In this document: positions 39,423 to 52,458 of the stretch, piece by piece | Position numbering within the stretch: position 1 is the first letter of the stretch | Layout of the letters: each line of letters opens with the position of its first letter | DNA from: Podarcis melisellensis | Lineage: Eukaryota | Reading direction: 5' to 3' (one strand) | Assembly (NCBI GenBank): GCA_964234715.1 | Contig: OZ174278.1 | DNA: 64,000 bases | Notes under the pieces: generated by a model | Told to the model about the DNA's origin: nothing | The model's input: only the letters and a program-made list of their open reading frames with translations | The model's database searches: none | Position numbers and translations under genes: made by a program

Positions 39423-40739
39423 GTATGTGCCTAAGAGACTTTATGCTCAAGACCTCTAGGTTTTTGTCGTCTTCTTCATTTTAATGAAGGCTTTTATAGG
39501 GCAGGGTGTGCATGAAGAAATTGCATGTCTCCACTCTCCCATACAGAGAATTAAAAGTACTTGCAAAAACAGAGAATGAAGAGGTCTTCCATCATGGCAG
39601 CTGCATTTGTAGTTCCTCCCATGCTAGTACTTTGTGGATCCTCACAGAGTATTGATGAAGTTTCCTTCAAAAGAATTCCAGCAATTTTAGCCCTGTCAAG
39701 TTACACCTACTTCTGAAATAATTAGACCAGATCACATTGTGACCCAGCTGTAGGTGAGCCAGTGGCCCTCCAGATGTGACTGTACCATCTTTGACCATTG
39801 GTCTTTCTGGCTTGGACTGATGGGAGTTGGACTAAAACAAAACCTGAAGAGCCATGGGTTTTCCACAGAACTATAGTTTTTCTTTCTGGTGTTTCTTGCT
39901 CTGCTTTTGTATCTCTACAGAGGACCAGATATTAGCACTAAATAGATTAAATAACTGGCTGAACTGGGTCAGTTGATAGGTTTTAATTAAGTAAGCAAGC
40001 AAGCAAGCATATGTTTACGTCCATTCTCCTGATTTGTATTACTTTTGACCATAGACATAGCAGATGTAATGTGAAACTATATTTCACATTGTACCAGCTT
40101 GCTGTTTAAGAGTAGTGTATAACAAACTCTTCTCCATCTGTTGGAACTAAAGTTAGAACTAAAGTGAATGATTAATCTGTGCATTACAGCTATATTCAGT
40201 AGTTTGTTCACAGCAATAGTAATGAGCAAAGGAACATCTGCTATTCTTTGAAAGATCTACACCTGCCATGTTATATGAAGAGTCTGTGCGCACACACACC
40301 CCATCTCCCCAAGAAGGGCCAGGTAGGATAGGAACTGGTTGAGCCCTGCCAGTGATGCTTCCCTAGTTTTCCTCCAGGGAGGGCCTCCAGGCAGTGGTAT
40401 CCAACCCCCAACCATCTTTCCTGCTCTGGTGGAAATATTTCCTGGACAGTGTTTCATAATATCATGCACACACACTTAAATATCACTCTTTTTTCATATT
40501 CTCCACTAAAACCTGAAGATCCTTCATTGCCAGCATTTGACTATGGCATCATGTAACATATTATGCATATGTTGTTGTGACAGTAATCTTCCCTAGGTAG
40601 TCTTTGTTTATGTTTCTTCAGTTCCTGAACTGAGGTGGAGCTGCAGGTACAAGGTTGGTATACTGTTCTTCATTTTATTACTTGCCTGTGGACAATGGCA
40701 CATTGCACACTGTTTTCAGGCATGTTTTCTTCACCATAG

Positions 40740-40883
<144 letters not shown>

Positions 40884-40940
40884 TGATATGTAAACAGGAA
40901 AAGGAATGGGATTATGTAGCATGTATAGTGCATAGATAAA

Positions 40941-41303
40941 GGGACACAGGTGGCGCTGTGGGTTAAAGCCTCAGCGCCTAGGACTTGCCGATCTAAAGGT
41001 CGGCGGTTCGAATCCCTGCTGCGGGGTGCGCTCCCGCTGCTCGGTCCCAGCGCCTGCCAACCTAGCAGTTCGAAAGCACCTCCGGGTGCAAGTAGATAAA
41101 TAGGGACCGCTTACCAGCGGGAAGGTAAACGGCGTTTCCGTGTGCAGCTCTGGCTCGCCAGAGCAGCGATGTCACACTGGCCACGTGACCCGGAAGAGTC
41201 TCCGGACAGCGCTGGCCCCTGGCCTCTTAAGTGAGATGGGCGCACAACCCCAGAGTCTGTCAAGACTGGCCCGTACGGGCAGGGGTATCTTTATCTTTAC
41301 CTT
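40941..41303 (+). mobile_element. Full-length Sauria SINE in PDHA1 intron 4
   Basis: tRNA-like head, (ACCTTT)-type tail, perfect 14-bp TSD tatagtgcatagat (40924 and 41304), many CpGs retained. Confidence 0.95.
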
Positions 41304-41703
41304 TATAGTGCATAGATGGAGGGGGGTTTAGGTTCAATTATTATCTCAACAATGAAACCTAGTAGGACTTTGCTGAATTGCAACACACATATTCTACTCT
41401 TCTTCCAAGGAGCAGTAGGCTGGTTCATACCTGCATGTACAGCTTTTGTTTCTCTACACTTGATTCAAATTTACCAGTGCACTAAATTCTTGTGCTGGGA
41501 TGCCTACCATAAGTTAGCATGTGCTGTAAATGTGTCCCTTCCTAAGAACATGAGTTTTGATGAAACTCTAACCTTTATTATTCTGTAATCATCTTAAAAT
41601 CCATCCAATTAGCGAGTTTGAGGTCGGGGGGGGCTTCATCTTAATCTTATTGTCTTAGTAGACACCAGATCACATGGTAAAGATCCATTTTTAATCATTT
41701 CAG

Positions 41704-41795
41704 GTCGGGTTGGTGGGTGCGCTAAAGGCAAAGGAGGCTCAATGCATATGTATGCCAAAAACTTCTATGGTGGTAACGGTATTGTTGGAGCCCAG
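41704..41795 (+). CDS. PDHA1: PDHA1 exon 5 ([16 protein letters not shown]...GIVGAQ)
   Basis: GKGGSMH motif; AG/GT boundaries; 92 nt. Confidence 0.97.
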
Positions 41796-42329
41796 GTAAG
41801 GCTCACCGATAAAAACAATATTTTTCTTTGGAAAGAGACTATATGTTGCTTTTAATCTGGGCCATAACCTAATTCATATATAGTTAGGTGTATTAGCCCA
41901 GTGACTTTAGTGTACTTAAATATGTCCAGTTTATGCTGGAAGCCCAGTTCTGGCTCTAGTATTTCTTCCATGTAAATCTAACACAGCTCAAATTTCATCC
42001 ATTCCTGGATAGAACTAATTAGCTAGGCCCATTTCAGTTTGGCATCTAGCCTGAGCTAGAAACTGAAAAAGGCTTGGTAGTCTTGATGAATGATTTTCAG
42101 TGGGAGAGAGTCAGGTGAATGTAACCCTGTTAATTCTGCTGGGTGTCTCGTCAGGGGTTTTTTATACCATTGTCCACAGTATCCTTCCATATTAAGTGCC
42201 AGGGATGAGAACTGGAATTGTAGTGTTTCTCTTCTCAAGTAGTATCTTATCATATGGTTCATTATTGTTGGCTGCTGATCATTATCTTTGTTTGTTTTGA
42301 CTACCTTTGCATGTTGCAATTCATTGTAG

Positions 42330-42455
<126 letters not shown>

Positions 42456-42771
42456 TAATTAAGAGTCACATAAGTGGAAAGGAGATTTCAATTTTCAATT
42501 TCATTGTTCTGCAAGGGACAATGACAATAAAGATATCGTTATTGAGATGTAAATGCTATGGATCATGCATGATAAGTCCAGTTTTGTGCAAAGTGAAATG
42601 AAACTGCCCAAGTTGTTCTCCCAGCTATCGGGGGGGGGGGGGAGGAGCACAGAAGCCCAAGGCTCACCAGTTTGTTCCTCCTTGGTCTAGTGAACATTCA
42701 CTGTATGTGTAATTCAAGGCTGATGGCTACATGAGAGAACTGAAAGTGTACCAAACCTTTTATTCTTCTAG

Positions 42772-42951
<180 letters not shown>

Positions 42952-43034
42952 TGAAAGTTATACTGTGTCCATTCAAGGAAGTTCAACTTTATTCTTAAAT
43001 GTAATTGGCTTTTTCTTTTTTAAAAAATCAACAG

Positions 43035-43106
43035 GTTGATGGCATGGATGTTCTTGCTGTAAGGGAAGCAACAAAATTTGCTGCTGACCACTGCAGATCA
43101 GGAAAA
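43035..43106 (+). CDS. PDHA1: PDHA1 exon 8 ([24 protein letters not shown])
   Basis: AG/GT boundaries; 72 nt. Confidence 0.97.
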
Positions 43107-43473
43107 GTAAGTTATGCTTTGTGTGTGTGGCGGGCCTCTCCTGCTTTACCAATTATGTAAGTATAGCTGAGGTTTTCAAGTTAGAAATATTACTATTTTA
43201 TTTCACAAAATGTATACCCAAAACACAGGGTTTAGAAGGTTCTCTATAATTACCTTGTGAACCCCAAAGCAACCTTCAAAAAAATCCCAGTGTTTATTGA
43301 GTTAATAATGGAATAGGAAAGAGATAGTCTGTGGCCCTCTGAAGCAAGCTGATCTTAAACAGCCCTAAAATACATGCACACAATTGATTGAGATTAGTTG
43401 TCATGACGTCTTATCAGCAATTTTTTGTCACTATTTTAAAGTTATTAACACCTCTGAATTTTAATTTTGTCAG

Positions 43474-43541
43474 GGTCCTGTTGTGATGGAGCTACAGACA
43501 TATCGTTATCATGGACATAGCATGAGTGATCCTGGAGTCAG
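43474..43541 (+). CDS. PDHA1: PDHA1 exon 9 ([23 protein letters not shown])
   Basis: PDK phosphorylation loop (sites 1 and 2); AG/GT boundaries; 68 nt. Confidence 0.97.
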
Positions 43542-45296
43542 GTATTTCTCTCTGTATTACAAACGGTTCCTCTCTAGATAGTATAGGGGAAATAGCTGTA
43601 TGTTCAAATGTCCCCTTGTTTTCCGTCTATATCTTCTACATTTTCTGTTAGTAGATCAGTAGTCTCCTCTTACAACCCTATTGTTGGCTTTTTAACAGAT
43701 ATCAAGGGCATGTTGGCCCTTTGTGGCTAGTTTTATTATTTATTCAAAGCAATATCTGAAGAATGATTGACTGTACAAGTAACAACAAATCATTATCTCC
43801 TGTTGAGAGGAAATATAAGCTTTGCACTTATACCCTTCCTCTGTTGAATAGCTATAGCCTGCAAACCGTGTATTTTGGTGTGTGTGCTTCACAGTGGCAA
43901 GCTTTGCTTCTGGTTTAGGATCCTAGATTGTGTGTAAACTGGTTTGTTATGCAAGAGGTTGCACAAAGGGAAAAAGAAGATGGAGCATATAAGCCCTTGG
44001 CTTGTGTCTGGTCATACTAATAATAGCAAACTATGATTTGCTATTACATCTGAATACAACCATTCTAAAAAAATAATGACAGTACCCAAATTTTATGAGG
44101 CAAATGTGAAAAATACCCAAGAAACTTGTTTCCATTATCTTGCTTTTATTTTGTGTGCTTCATTATGGTTAACAGCTACCTACAGGAACATAGATATCTG
44201 GGCTAACACTGAGGCAGGGCATTGGTTCCATCTAGCTCCATAGTGGCTGCACTGGCTGGCAGCACCTCCCCAGATTTTCAGGTGTGTCTCTCCCAGCTCT
44301 ACAAGGTTATGCTGGGTAGTGAACCTGTGACCTTGTGCTTGTAAAGTAGATGTGCTACCATTCAGTTATAGCACTTTCCTGAAGGGGACCTAAAAAACTA
44401 AAACTGCAAGCTGGTATGATATGCCATTTAATGTAGGCAAATATCTGGTAAAAGGTTTTAAGTAAGCATATGCTTAATTTTGTTCTATTCCTAATTACAT
44501 CTGCTATGCCCATTTCCCTTTTTTGTATTGCTTTTAATTCTTCACAGTATGTTTGAACGAAGGTGAAAACTCTTAAACTCAACTTTATAAATTCAAATGC
44601 ATGTTATAAAATAGTACATAGAAAATATATCTAAGAGTAGCAGTACTTAAGGACTGTTTGTTTAATTGATATACTGTGGTTCTAAAATAGTTTGCCATGA
44701 AATGAAATTTGCCTAAAGTCTCTCATGAGTACTCACTGAAAGAGGAGCTGCTTCCTCTCCCTCCCTGCCCCACAATCAGGAGGGAGAGCTGGTGGTCCTA
44801 TCCCACATTTGTGTATCATGTGTGATAGCAGTAAATGCACTTGGTGCTAAGAACTATCTGCTGTTAGTGGCGCCCTGCCCAGAGCTGTGATGCAGAGGTA
44901 CAAGGAGTATGCTCTTTGAAGGTTGATAGTTCTTACTCAGTATTTGATTTTTAGAGTGAAATGTGCATTTAATTTTTAGTTCTGGAAAAAAGTATACTGA
45001 AACAATAATACATATTTGAAATGCTTAGGCCACTACACGCTGCCAGCTCATATGCTTGTTTTACCTTGTGGCTTACTCCCCTCATTAAAGAAATATAGCC
45101 AAGAGGAGCAGTCTGCTTTGGTGATTAGCAGATGTAAAAACTGCTCCTGAAAGCTCTCCTCTATTACTTGTCATGCCTGTTGGCGAATACCTGACTTGCC
45201 TCCGTATACTGTTGCAGTAAGAGTACCAGTTCTTGGCAGAAACAGTTATTGCAAACAGTTCAGCAGTCTGCTACATTGTCTCGTCTTTTTTTACAG

Positions 45297-45405
45297 TTAC
45301 CGAACGAGGGAAGAAATTCAAGAAGTGAGAAGCAAAAGTGATCCCATTACACTTTTGAAGGACAGAATGGTGAACAACAACTTGGCTAGTGTGGAAGAGC
45401 TAAAG
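45297..45405 (+). CDS. PDHA1: PDHA1 exon 10 ([17 protein letters not shown]...VEELK)
   Basis: Within ORF 45196..45462; AG/GT boundaries; 109 nt. Confidence 0.97.
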
Positions 45406-46297
45406 GTAATAAACCTTCATTTCAAATTTGATGAAAATCATTTTACAAAAGTAGATCAATAGGAAGTCTTCACCTCAAATCAGTTACAGCAAGCCAGAAT
45501 TGGTATAGGATATATCCTGTGGGGTACATGGCAGAATTTTTAATTTTACCTAATCATTGTTCTTTTAGCTATAGAAAACAATTTAAAGATTAAATAGTTT
45601 TATTTAAACTACCAAATTATCTTCAACTGAGAAGGGGTATATGATTATTGTAAATTTGGGAAACACTGCTATTTTGGTACAGGGGCCTATATTGCCTAGT
45701 GAAACATGGCAGTTTCCTCAGGGAATGACATTTGCACAGCCATTGCCTTCTCATATTTATAACCCGACTTTCTGAGGAGTCATGGTATATGGGATTTGTC
45801 ACAGTTGGCCCTTCCATCAACCCTGCTGGTTTAGGTTGAGGAAGATTTTAAATTGGGATTCTGCTAGTCACTACAGCTGAAATCGTTTGCTGCAGCAACA
45901 GGGTTAGTGGATTTGCTAGGAGAGTCCCAGGTCTGTTGCCAAAGTGGAAATAAAGAGTGAGGATCATTGATGAGCATGATTGGTCATACATCTCTGTCAG
46001 CATGGGAGATGTGTTCTGCTCTGCTCTAATCTATAGCTTATGAAAACATGCCATGTCCTGCTACAGTTGGTAACTTGTAAGTTATTTTAGTAGTTTGCTG
46101 GCTAGTTGTTTGAATATAAAAAGGTAAAACATTCCATGTACAGCATACATGTGAGAACTGCTTATCAGGATTTCATCTTAGGGAGGGCAGAAACTCTTTA
46201 AACGCAACTGTGGCTTAAATGTTTCCAGATTTACTTTGAACCCCAACATGTACTACAGAGGTAAATAGTACTCTGAGGTTTTATAATGATTGATCTA

Positions 46298-46654
46298 CAG
46301 TGGTGCCTCGCAAGACGAAATTAATCCGTTCCGTAAGGCTCTTCGTATAGCGGTTTTTTTCATCTTGCAAAGCAAGCCCATTGACAGCTTAGCGGATTAG
46401 CGCTACAGCTGTCAAGCGGCTTCCAGCGATCAGCTGTTAAGCGGCTTATCAGTGGAACAGCTGATAAGCGGCTTAGCGGCTTAAGAAAAGGGCGAAAAAA
46501 GCGGAAAAAACCCGCGGGGGGATGCAAGATTTTTTTCGTCTTGCGAAGCAACCCCATAGGGGAATTCGTTTTGCGAAGCGCCTCCAAAACAGAAAACCCT
46601 TTCGTCTAGCGGGTTTTTCGTCTTGCGAGGCGTTCGTCTTGCGGGGCACCACTG
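46298..46654. mobile_element. Tc1/mariner(pogo)-type MITE in PDHA1 intron 10
   Basis: 22-bp TIR cagtggtgcctcgcaagacgaa (one mismatch); TA flanks; CpG-rich. Confidence 0.88.
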
Positions 46655-46712
46655 TATTAGGAATCTGTGGAGTCTTTTGTTTCCATTAACAATGTTTCCC
46701 CTTTTCATACAG

Positions 46713-46877
46713 GAAATAGATGTGGAAGTAAGGAAAGAGATTGAAGACGCAGCACAGTTTGCCACAACTGATCCTGAACCACCTCTGGAAGAACTAGGCA
46801 ATTATATCTACTATAAGGAGCCACCCTTTGAGGTGCGTGGCCCAAATCAGTGGATTAGATATAAATCTGTGGGCTAA
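46713..46877 (+). CDS. PDHA1: PDHA1 exon 11, last coding exon ([16 protein letters not shown]...WIRYKSVG*)
   Basis: Acceptor catacag|; ends at TAA 46875-46877. Confidence 0.97.
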   Translation, partial: EIDVEVRKEIEDAAQFATTDPEPPLEELGNYIYYKEPPFEVRGPNQWIRYKSVG

Positions 46878-47182
46878 GTGAATTGTCACTCCAGCAACCA
46901 GTTAAATTAATCCATTTTATACTGGGCTTTAATTCTTTTATCTGCTCTAAGAACTAAGAGCAAAACTATTTCTCATGTACATGGGGAAAATTTATTTGGC
47001 AGCAAAATAGCCATTGTATGAGACACAGCATTATATAGTGTGGAATTCTAAAAAAAAGCTGCTCAGAAAAGGACAATAAGCATTGTTTATTAATTTATAT
47101 ATAAGCTTCATCGTGTTCTGGATTTCTGTATTTATGAAAGTTATTTAGCTGAAACCTCTTATGCACAGTAAAAAAAAGGCAT

Positions 47183-47240
47183 ATTAAAACTTCCTGAGCA
47201 GATATTTCCCATGAGCTTTTTGTATGTTTTTGTATTTGCA
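47183..47240 (+). terminator. Likely PDHA1 polyadenylation signal (ATTAAA) with downstream U/GU-rich element
   Basis: ATTAAA at 47183-47188, followed about 28 nt later by tttttgtatgtttttgtattt; no + strand AATAAA was seen between the two stop codons. Confidence 0.55.
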
Positions 47241-47290
47241 TCCCCCCATCCCAAATGATTTTGCAACGAAAAGAAGCCTTTTTAGCATGT

Positions 47291-47296
47291 TTTATT
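47291..47296 (-). terminator. Candidate MAP3K15 polyadenylation signal (AATAAA on - strand)
   Basis: First canonical hexamer downstream of the MAP3K15 stop; ATTAAA alternatives at 47606 and 47304. Confidence 0.45.
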
Positions 47297-47736
47297 TTAC
47301 CTTTTTAATATGCACCTAGAGTGAGTCTGAAACGCACTCTTTGCATAGGATCTTTGTACCAACTGGTTTTTTCATCTTATAAAATTATACATAGTAATAA
47401 TTTATATTAAATCAGAAGGAAGCAATTATTGTTTTTAAAAAGCAGCTGGCATGCCTAGAACACTATGTATTTGATATGAGTGGTTAAAGTGCACAGGCTA
47501 CATTTTAGTCTATAAGGCAAGCAGTTTCCAAGCTACTGTATTATATACACATCTGAAAAAATACATGATTAAGTATACTAGTAGAAAAGGCTATCATCAC
47601 ATGACTTTAATATAACTTCATATATATATTAGTGCAAACCTGTAGGACCAGTATAAACAGTATGTACAGTAATCAATAACTTAGTTGGAATGTGTGCTCT
47701 CTTCCCCTTTCAATTTCTCAGAACTTGGCATAAGAG

Positions 47737-47815
47737 TTATGCTTCCAATTCCAAGAGTTTATTCAGTTTTCTGTGCTTTAATATTTCATTCCATATTCGA
47801 CAAAGAATACCACCA
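47737..47815 (-). CDS. MAP3K15: MAP3K15 last coding exon (GGILCRIWNEILKHRKLNKLLELEA*)
   Basis: RGG..C..W SAM end; stop TAA at 47739-47737. Confidence 0.92.
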
Positions 47816-47903
47816 CTGTACGAGGAAAAATAAGAATAGTAAGTTTCTCAAACTCTTGTTTGGAAGTCAAAACACTTCTAGAATCATGCAATTATTTTCT
47901 TAC

Positions 47904-47980
47904 CGGAGTCTAAGGAATCGCAAGTCATCTTTAGTGATGTGGTTTAGAACATCACTGAGTGTATAATCCTCTTGAACAAA
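47904..47980 (-). CDS. MAP3K15: MAP3K15 exon (FVQEDYTLSDVLNHITKDDLRFLRLR)
   Basis: SAM domain; AG/GT boundaries; 77 nt. Confidence 0.93.
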
Positions 47981-48061
47981 CTGAAAGACAAAATTATTTC
48001 AGTGTTTCTAAACATTATTCAGAAAATGCATTTTGAGGGTCTTTCCCACTCTTAATCTTAC

Positions 48062-48159
48062 CCTATCAATTGTATCTGAATCAGCTTTCTGTTGCTTCAA
48101 CCACTTGATCAGTTCTTGGTCTACGCAGTGCTGCAGAGCAGCTGGAGGTGGATGAATTT
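48062..48159 (-). CDS. MAP3K15: MAP3K15 exon (IHPPPAALQHCVDQELIKWLKQQKADSDTIDR)
   Basis: Start of the SAM domain; 98 nt. Confidence 0.9.
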
Positions 48160-48301
48160 CTGCAACAATTCAAAGTAGGTTAATCAGATTCATTCCATTG
48201 TTACAAATTCAAAAGCTCTACTCAAAAGTGTTGTGTGTCCTAAAGCTCAAGCCATTCCTATCAACTGATCACACACATTTAATGTACATTCTCATATCTA
48301 C

Positions 48302-48414
48302 CAGCAGTTTTCAACTGTAGCTGAAGGAGATGCAAGTCTTGAATTTTTTGATCCAGTGTTTGCCTTAGCAGTGTCTGGTATTCTCTCTCCCTCTGTACCA
48401 GGCTCTCCAGTAAC
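48302..48414 (-). CDS. MAP3K15: MAP3K15 exon (LLESLVQREREYQTLLRQTLDQKIQDLHLLQLQLKTA), coiled coil
   Basis: AG/GT boundaries; 113 nt; ASK C-terminal coiled coil. Confidence 0.92.
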
Positions 48415-49268
48415 CTATTAAATAAAAGAGGAGTCAGACTTGGGTATGACATAACATTTCCCCCTTAAAATGTTTCATGATAGTAGTACACTTTTAATGA
48501 CAACAAAACCTAGTTCTGCAACACAAGTATTTTGGTGAATCTGATACTTATATTTTAGTTGTAGTATAGCTTGGTATGTCTAAAGCACATGTAAAAGTGT
48601 ATCTCATCATATGAATTAACTCAAAACAAATCCTACATATCTTTGAATTACTGGCTACCTGGTAGCCTTGATTTTCAAATGCTCTCCAATGTAGATTTCT
48701 GTGCTGAAATGGTTCCTAGAATTTCTACTTAACCCCAGGCTTCATAATTAAATATTCCAGCACTATCAGCGTGTTACTTGCTGCTGCTATAGTGATAGAA
48801 AACCACAATACAGACGGTCAGGCTATATGAAAGGAATTTTATACACACTTTCCGTCAGTGTTGGCTAAAGTAAGTGCTGCTCTCAAAGCATACATGTTAT
48901 AGTTCTCCCTGTAAAGTCACCCTAGAACATTTAGGACACATTTTACATTTACATTTGTAACATGGAAAGGTAATATTTAGCCTGAAATAGAGACACTGCA
49001 CATGGAGTGCCGCTCGGGGGGGGGGAGGGGCGAGGAAAAGACATGATACAGCCCTCAGCACTGAACAATTGGGTTTTCTAGAAATCTAGAAGAAAGAACC
49101 TGAGTACCAAATTAACTCTGTATAAACCAAGAGTAGCTTAACTGGCTACATTTTAAAATCTAGCCAATAACCAATGTAGGCTCATCTGATTGCCTGAAGG
49201 TGTTTTATAAACTAGCGATGATCAGTAAAATGGCTGAATAAGCCTGAGCACACTTTAAAGCTGTTAAC

Positions 49269-49479
49269 CTGTTTGTTTCTTGCTTAAGCTTGCCCAGCTG
49301 CAAGCTGAGCTGCTGCTGAGTGTCAGGGGTCACAGAAGACGTGAGCATGCACACTCCAGATGTGATAACTGTTTCTTCGTGTGTCTTTTGCTGCACTTGC
49401 TGGTAATCCTCATCTACTTCATCTGCATCTTTGTCAACTCCTTCAGTCTCTGATGCTGGTTCAAAGTGAGCTCGAAGTT
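49269..49479 (-). CDS. MAP3K15: MAP3K15 exon (LRAHFEPASETEG...LKQETNR)
   Basis: Within ORF 49205..49516; 211 nt; phases fit. Confidence 0.92.
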
Positions 49480-50000
49480 CTGCACAGAGCAAAAGAGAAT
49501 TGCAGAGGTCAAGCATTTCTTACATTTGCCACTTAAATATCATCTAGTCAGCAAGCTTTTTCTAAGTATATATATCTTTTTAAATAAAATGCAGCTGTCC
49601 TTCCTAGTCCCATTTCAGAAAATACTGGTGCCTAGGGAGTTCCTTGATTTTAAGAAATGACAAACTAATAATGGGCTAATGTGTGGCAGCCTTTCAAAAG
49701 AACAATTAGTGAAGATTTGTAGTGAATGTTTCTGTCCAGACTAATATTCACAAATGTGCTAGTCTGTAAAGCATGTTTAACAAAAAAATTCAGTTCAAAA
49801 AATCAGAACTTGTTTTATGAAAGAACTGGCAGCCATTTACAACTTTTCGCCAAGGAAAGACCGAAGTACTACTGCAGTTCCAGCACACCAGCAGTACCCA
49901 CCCTGGGGCACTCATTCCACAGGTTAGACATTTATTATTGCTTTGCTCACATCATATTTAACCATCCCACTTAGCAGTTTACTACTTTGCTTTTACTTAC

Positions 50001-50106
50001 CTGGAATGAGAATAGTGACAGCAGCTTGAACAGCACGTCGTATTATATTATCCATAGCAAACATCCAATGAGGTCTGATTAAATGATTCCTTAGTACTTT
50101 GTTAAC
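50001..50106 (-). CDS. MAP3K15: MAP3K15 exon ([35 protein letters not shown])
   Basis: Conserved ASK PHWMFA motif; AG/GT boundaries; 106 nt. Confidence 0.95.
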
Positions 50107-50864
50107 CTATAAGAAAAGTGTCAAATAAAACAGGGTAGTAGTTTGCCTTAAGCTATAAGCTTGTCATTTAGAACAAGAAGTTTGGGTAAATGTAGGATGA
50201 CAATAAGTCCACGTGGATTAAGAGCTAGAACACATATTGGAACATAAAAGCAGCCCTGCTGGATCAGACCAAAGGCCCACCTAGTCCAGTATCCTGTTTC
50301 TCACAGTGGCCAACCAGATGCCCAGGGGAAGCCCCCAAACAGGGCATGAGTGAAGCTGTAGCCCAGTGACTGGTATTCAGAGCCATGCTGCCTCTGATCC
50401 TGAAGGGATACAGCCTTTGTTTCCACTGTGATATAGACACAAAGAAAGCTATTGCAAAGCAACACGTAAGGTACTGTGTTGTACATCAACAATGCACAGA
50501 TATTCGACTAAGTCATACTCGGAGCAGACCCCCTGAGGTATCACACTGTGCTTCAAGTTCTTTGCACAGAATTGTGCATTGTATGCTATATTCCAAAGGC
50601 TTTCTAGAAAGCAAAAGAGGAGCTCATTTCTACAATTGAGCAGAAGTGAATAAATACATCTTCTCTGGTCAGCAGGTCAGCTGCTCCATATGATATTCTA
50701 CAACTCCTTTGTCCTCTTTTGCTCTCCTCCCAATAGTATAATTTTAGTATAATTTAGTATAATAAATAGTATAATTTTAGGGTTTTAAGTTTAAATAGCA
50801 GCAAAAGGTATTGGGTGGTGGGTCCCTCCCCCCACCCTCAGATATTACACTCGGATGAACATAC

Positions 50865-51050
50865 TGCATCTTGAAATCCAAACAACACTAGATGAATCTG
50901 ATTGATGGAAGTACTGTCAAAGTCCAGTTCAATTTTCAACTTGGATATAGTTGATGCCATAACTCTGTGTTCAGGAGAACGTATGAAATCTCTTAAAATC
51001 CCAATTATCTGCTTGATATGAGCAACTGAAAGGTGCAGTTCTTCAGAACT
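50865..51050 (-). CDS. MAP3K15: MAP3K15 exon (SSEELHLSVAHIKQII...LFGFQDA)
   Basis: Within ORF 50838..51125; 186 nt. Confidence 0.94.
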
Positions 51051-51804
51051 CTGAAAAAAAGATGAATATGCAAAATGTTTAAAAAGGCACATCAGCAAAC
51101 TCCACCAATGTATGTATGTATGCATGTTTTCAACCTTGCTGTCACTATTCTGGAAGACTCATTTTTACCAATTCGCAGCAAGAGCAGCAGAGGGCAGCTT
51201 TCAATCAGGCACATCACAAGTGGTTTGATTCATGGATTACATTAGCTCACGAGAGAGGAAACAGAACATGAGCTAAATTCAACACTGATGTAATCAAACT
51301 GCAGGACTGAATTTGTCCTACCAGAGAGCAGCTTTCTGCCATTCAGTCCTTAAGCAAAAATTCATATTACAATCTCTTAATACCATGGGAAAGGGGTGGC
51401 TAAAACAAAAATTGGTTGCAGAGGTCAAGGCAACAAACAAGGCGGTCAACAAACTTTAGGTGACCAGTTAAATAATAAGCAGCTCCATTTTACTACTTAA
51501 AGGTTGTGATGGACCCCTCTTTGCTTCTCCGTGTTTGTAATCTCTACACAATTTTGTGGAAGAGGAAGTTAGGATGAACAGACTTGCCCCTGTCTCTTCC
51601 AGGGTTGTGCTTATAATCCAAGCCAGAGGCCAGCTATCCACAGCACGGATCCTGCTTTCTTCATGCAGGTTCCTCGAGTGATTTGGAACCCTACATGATG
51701 AGCGCAGCAGGCTCTTCACCCCAGACACCCTCCAGATCATGGAGTAGGAAAGGTGGTAGAGCAATAATTTTTACCTCTTCCAAACAAGTGAATAGTCGTA
51801 TTAC

Positions 51805-51979
51805 CTGTGCTACACATTCTCTTAAATTGGAAGCTACTTGGTTTTGCTCTTCCTTGAGGATTTTATACAGAATTGCACGTCGTTCGCTGTCCTTTCGTAG
51901 CAAGAAAAGACCAGAATCCCGTTCCTCAAGTGAAGGGGAAGCGCTTCGCTCATCTGAAATGGAGCTGTCGTCGGGAACA
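51805..51979 (-). CDS. MAP3K15: MAP3K15 exon (VPDDSS...GLFLLRKDSERRAIL...CVAQ)
   Basis: Within ORF 51691..52005; 175 nt. Confidence 0.94.
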
Positions 51980-52458
51980 CTGGGCCAGAATGAGACAGCA
52001 TTCACAAGAAACTATAAATGACAAAGTTGGAGTCCAGAAGAAAACAGCCCAGTTTTTAAAGCAACTTTCCAATTACTTAAAATGAATGGCTTTTATCTTG
52101 TGTGCTACAAAGATGCCCACCAAATCCCAAGTTCTATAGTAGCTGAGAACACAGCTTTCTATGAAACGAGACACTAATTCAACATCTACAGTAAGAAGAC
52201 AAATTGATCATAATGTGGACTGCATTCATTTGAAGATGCTGCAATTGCTGCTCTTTTTTGTCAGGGTCTCTTTTTCCAATTAGACTCTTATAATGAGTTT
52301 TACTTGCAGGGGCCTAAACAAATCCCATTCGATACTTTACATTTTACTATAGATCTTGTAACGGAATTAGCTTTGAGCACATCGTCCCACCTAAACTGTA
52401 AGGACAGCTGGCATCGTCTGTGAACCTAACATGCCATTTTGCATAGGTCAGGTTTTAC

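Noticed and set aside
40717-40739. Alternative upstream acceptor for PDHA1 exon 4 (ttttcag at 40719)
   Set aside because: It would add 20 nt and shift the frame, so it is not a productive isoform.
40941-41025. tRNA-like sequences (also near 13490-13564, 23435, 25160 and 59590)
   Set aside because: A/B boxes run directly into SINE bodies and no full cloverleaf forms; these are SINE heads, not tRNA genes.
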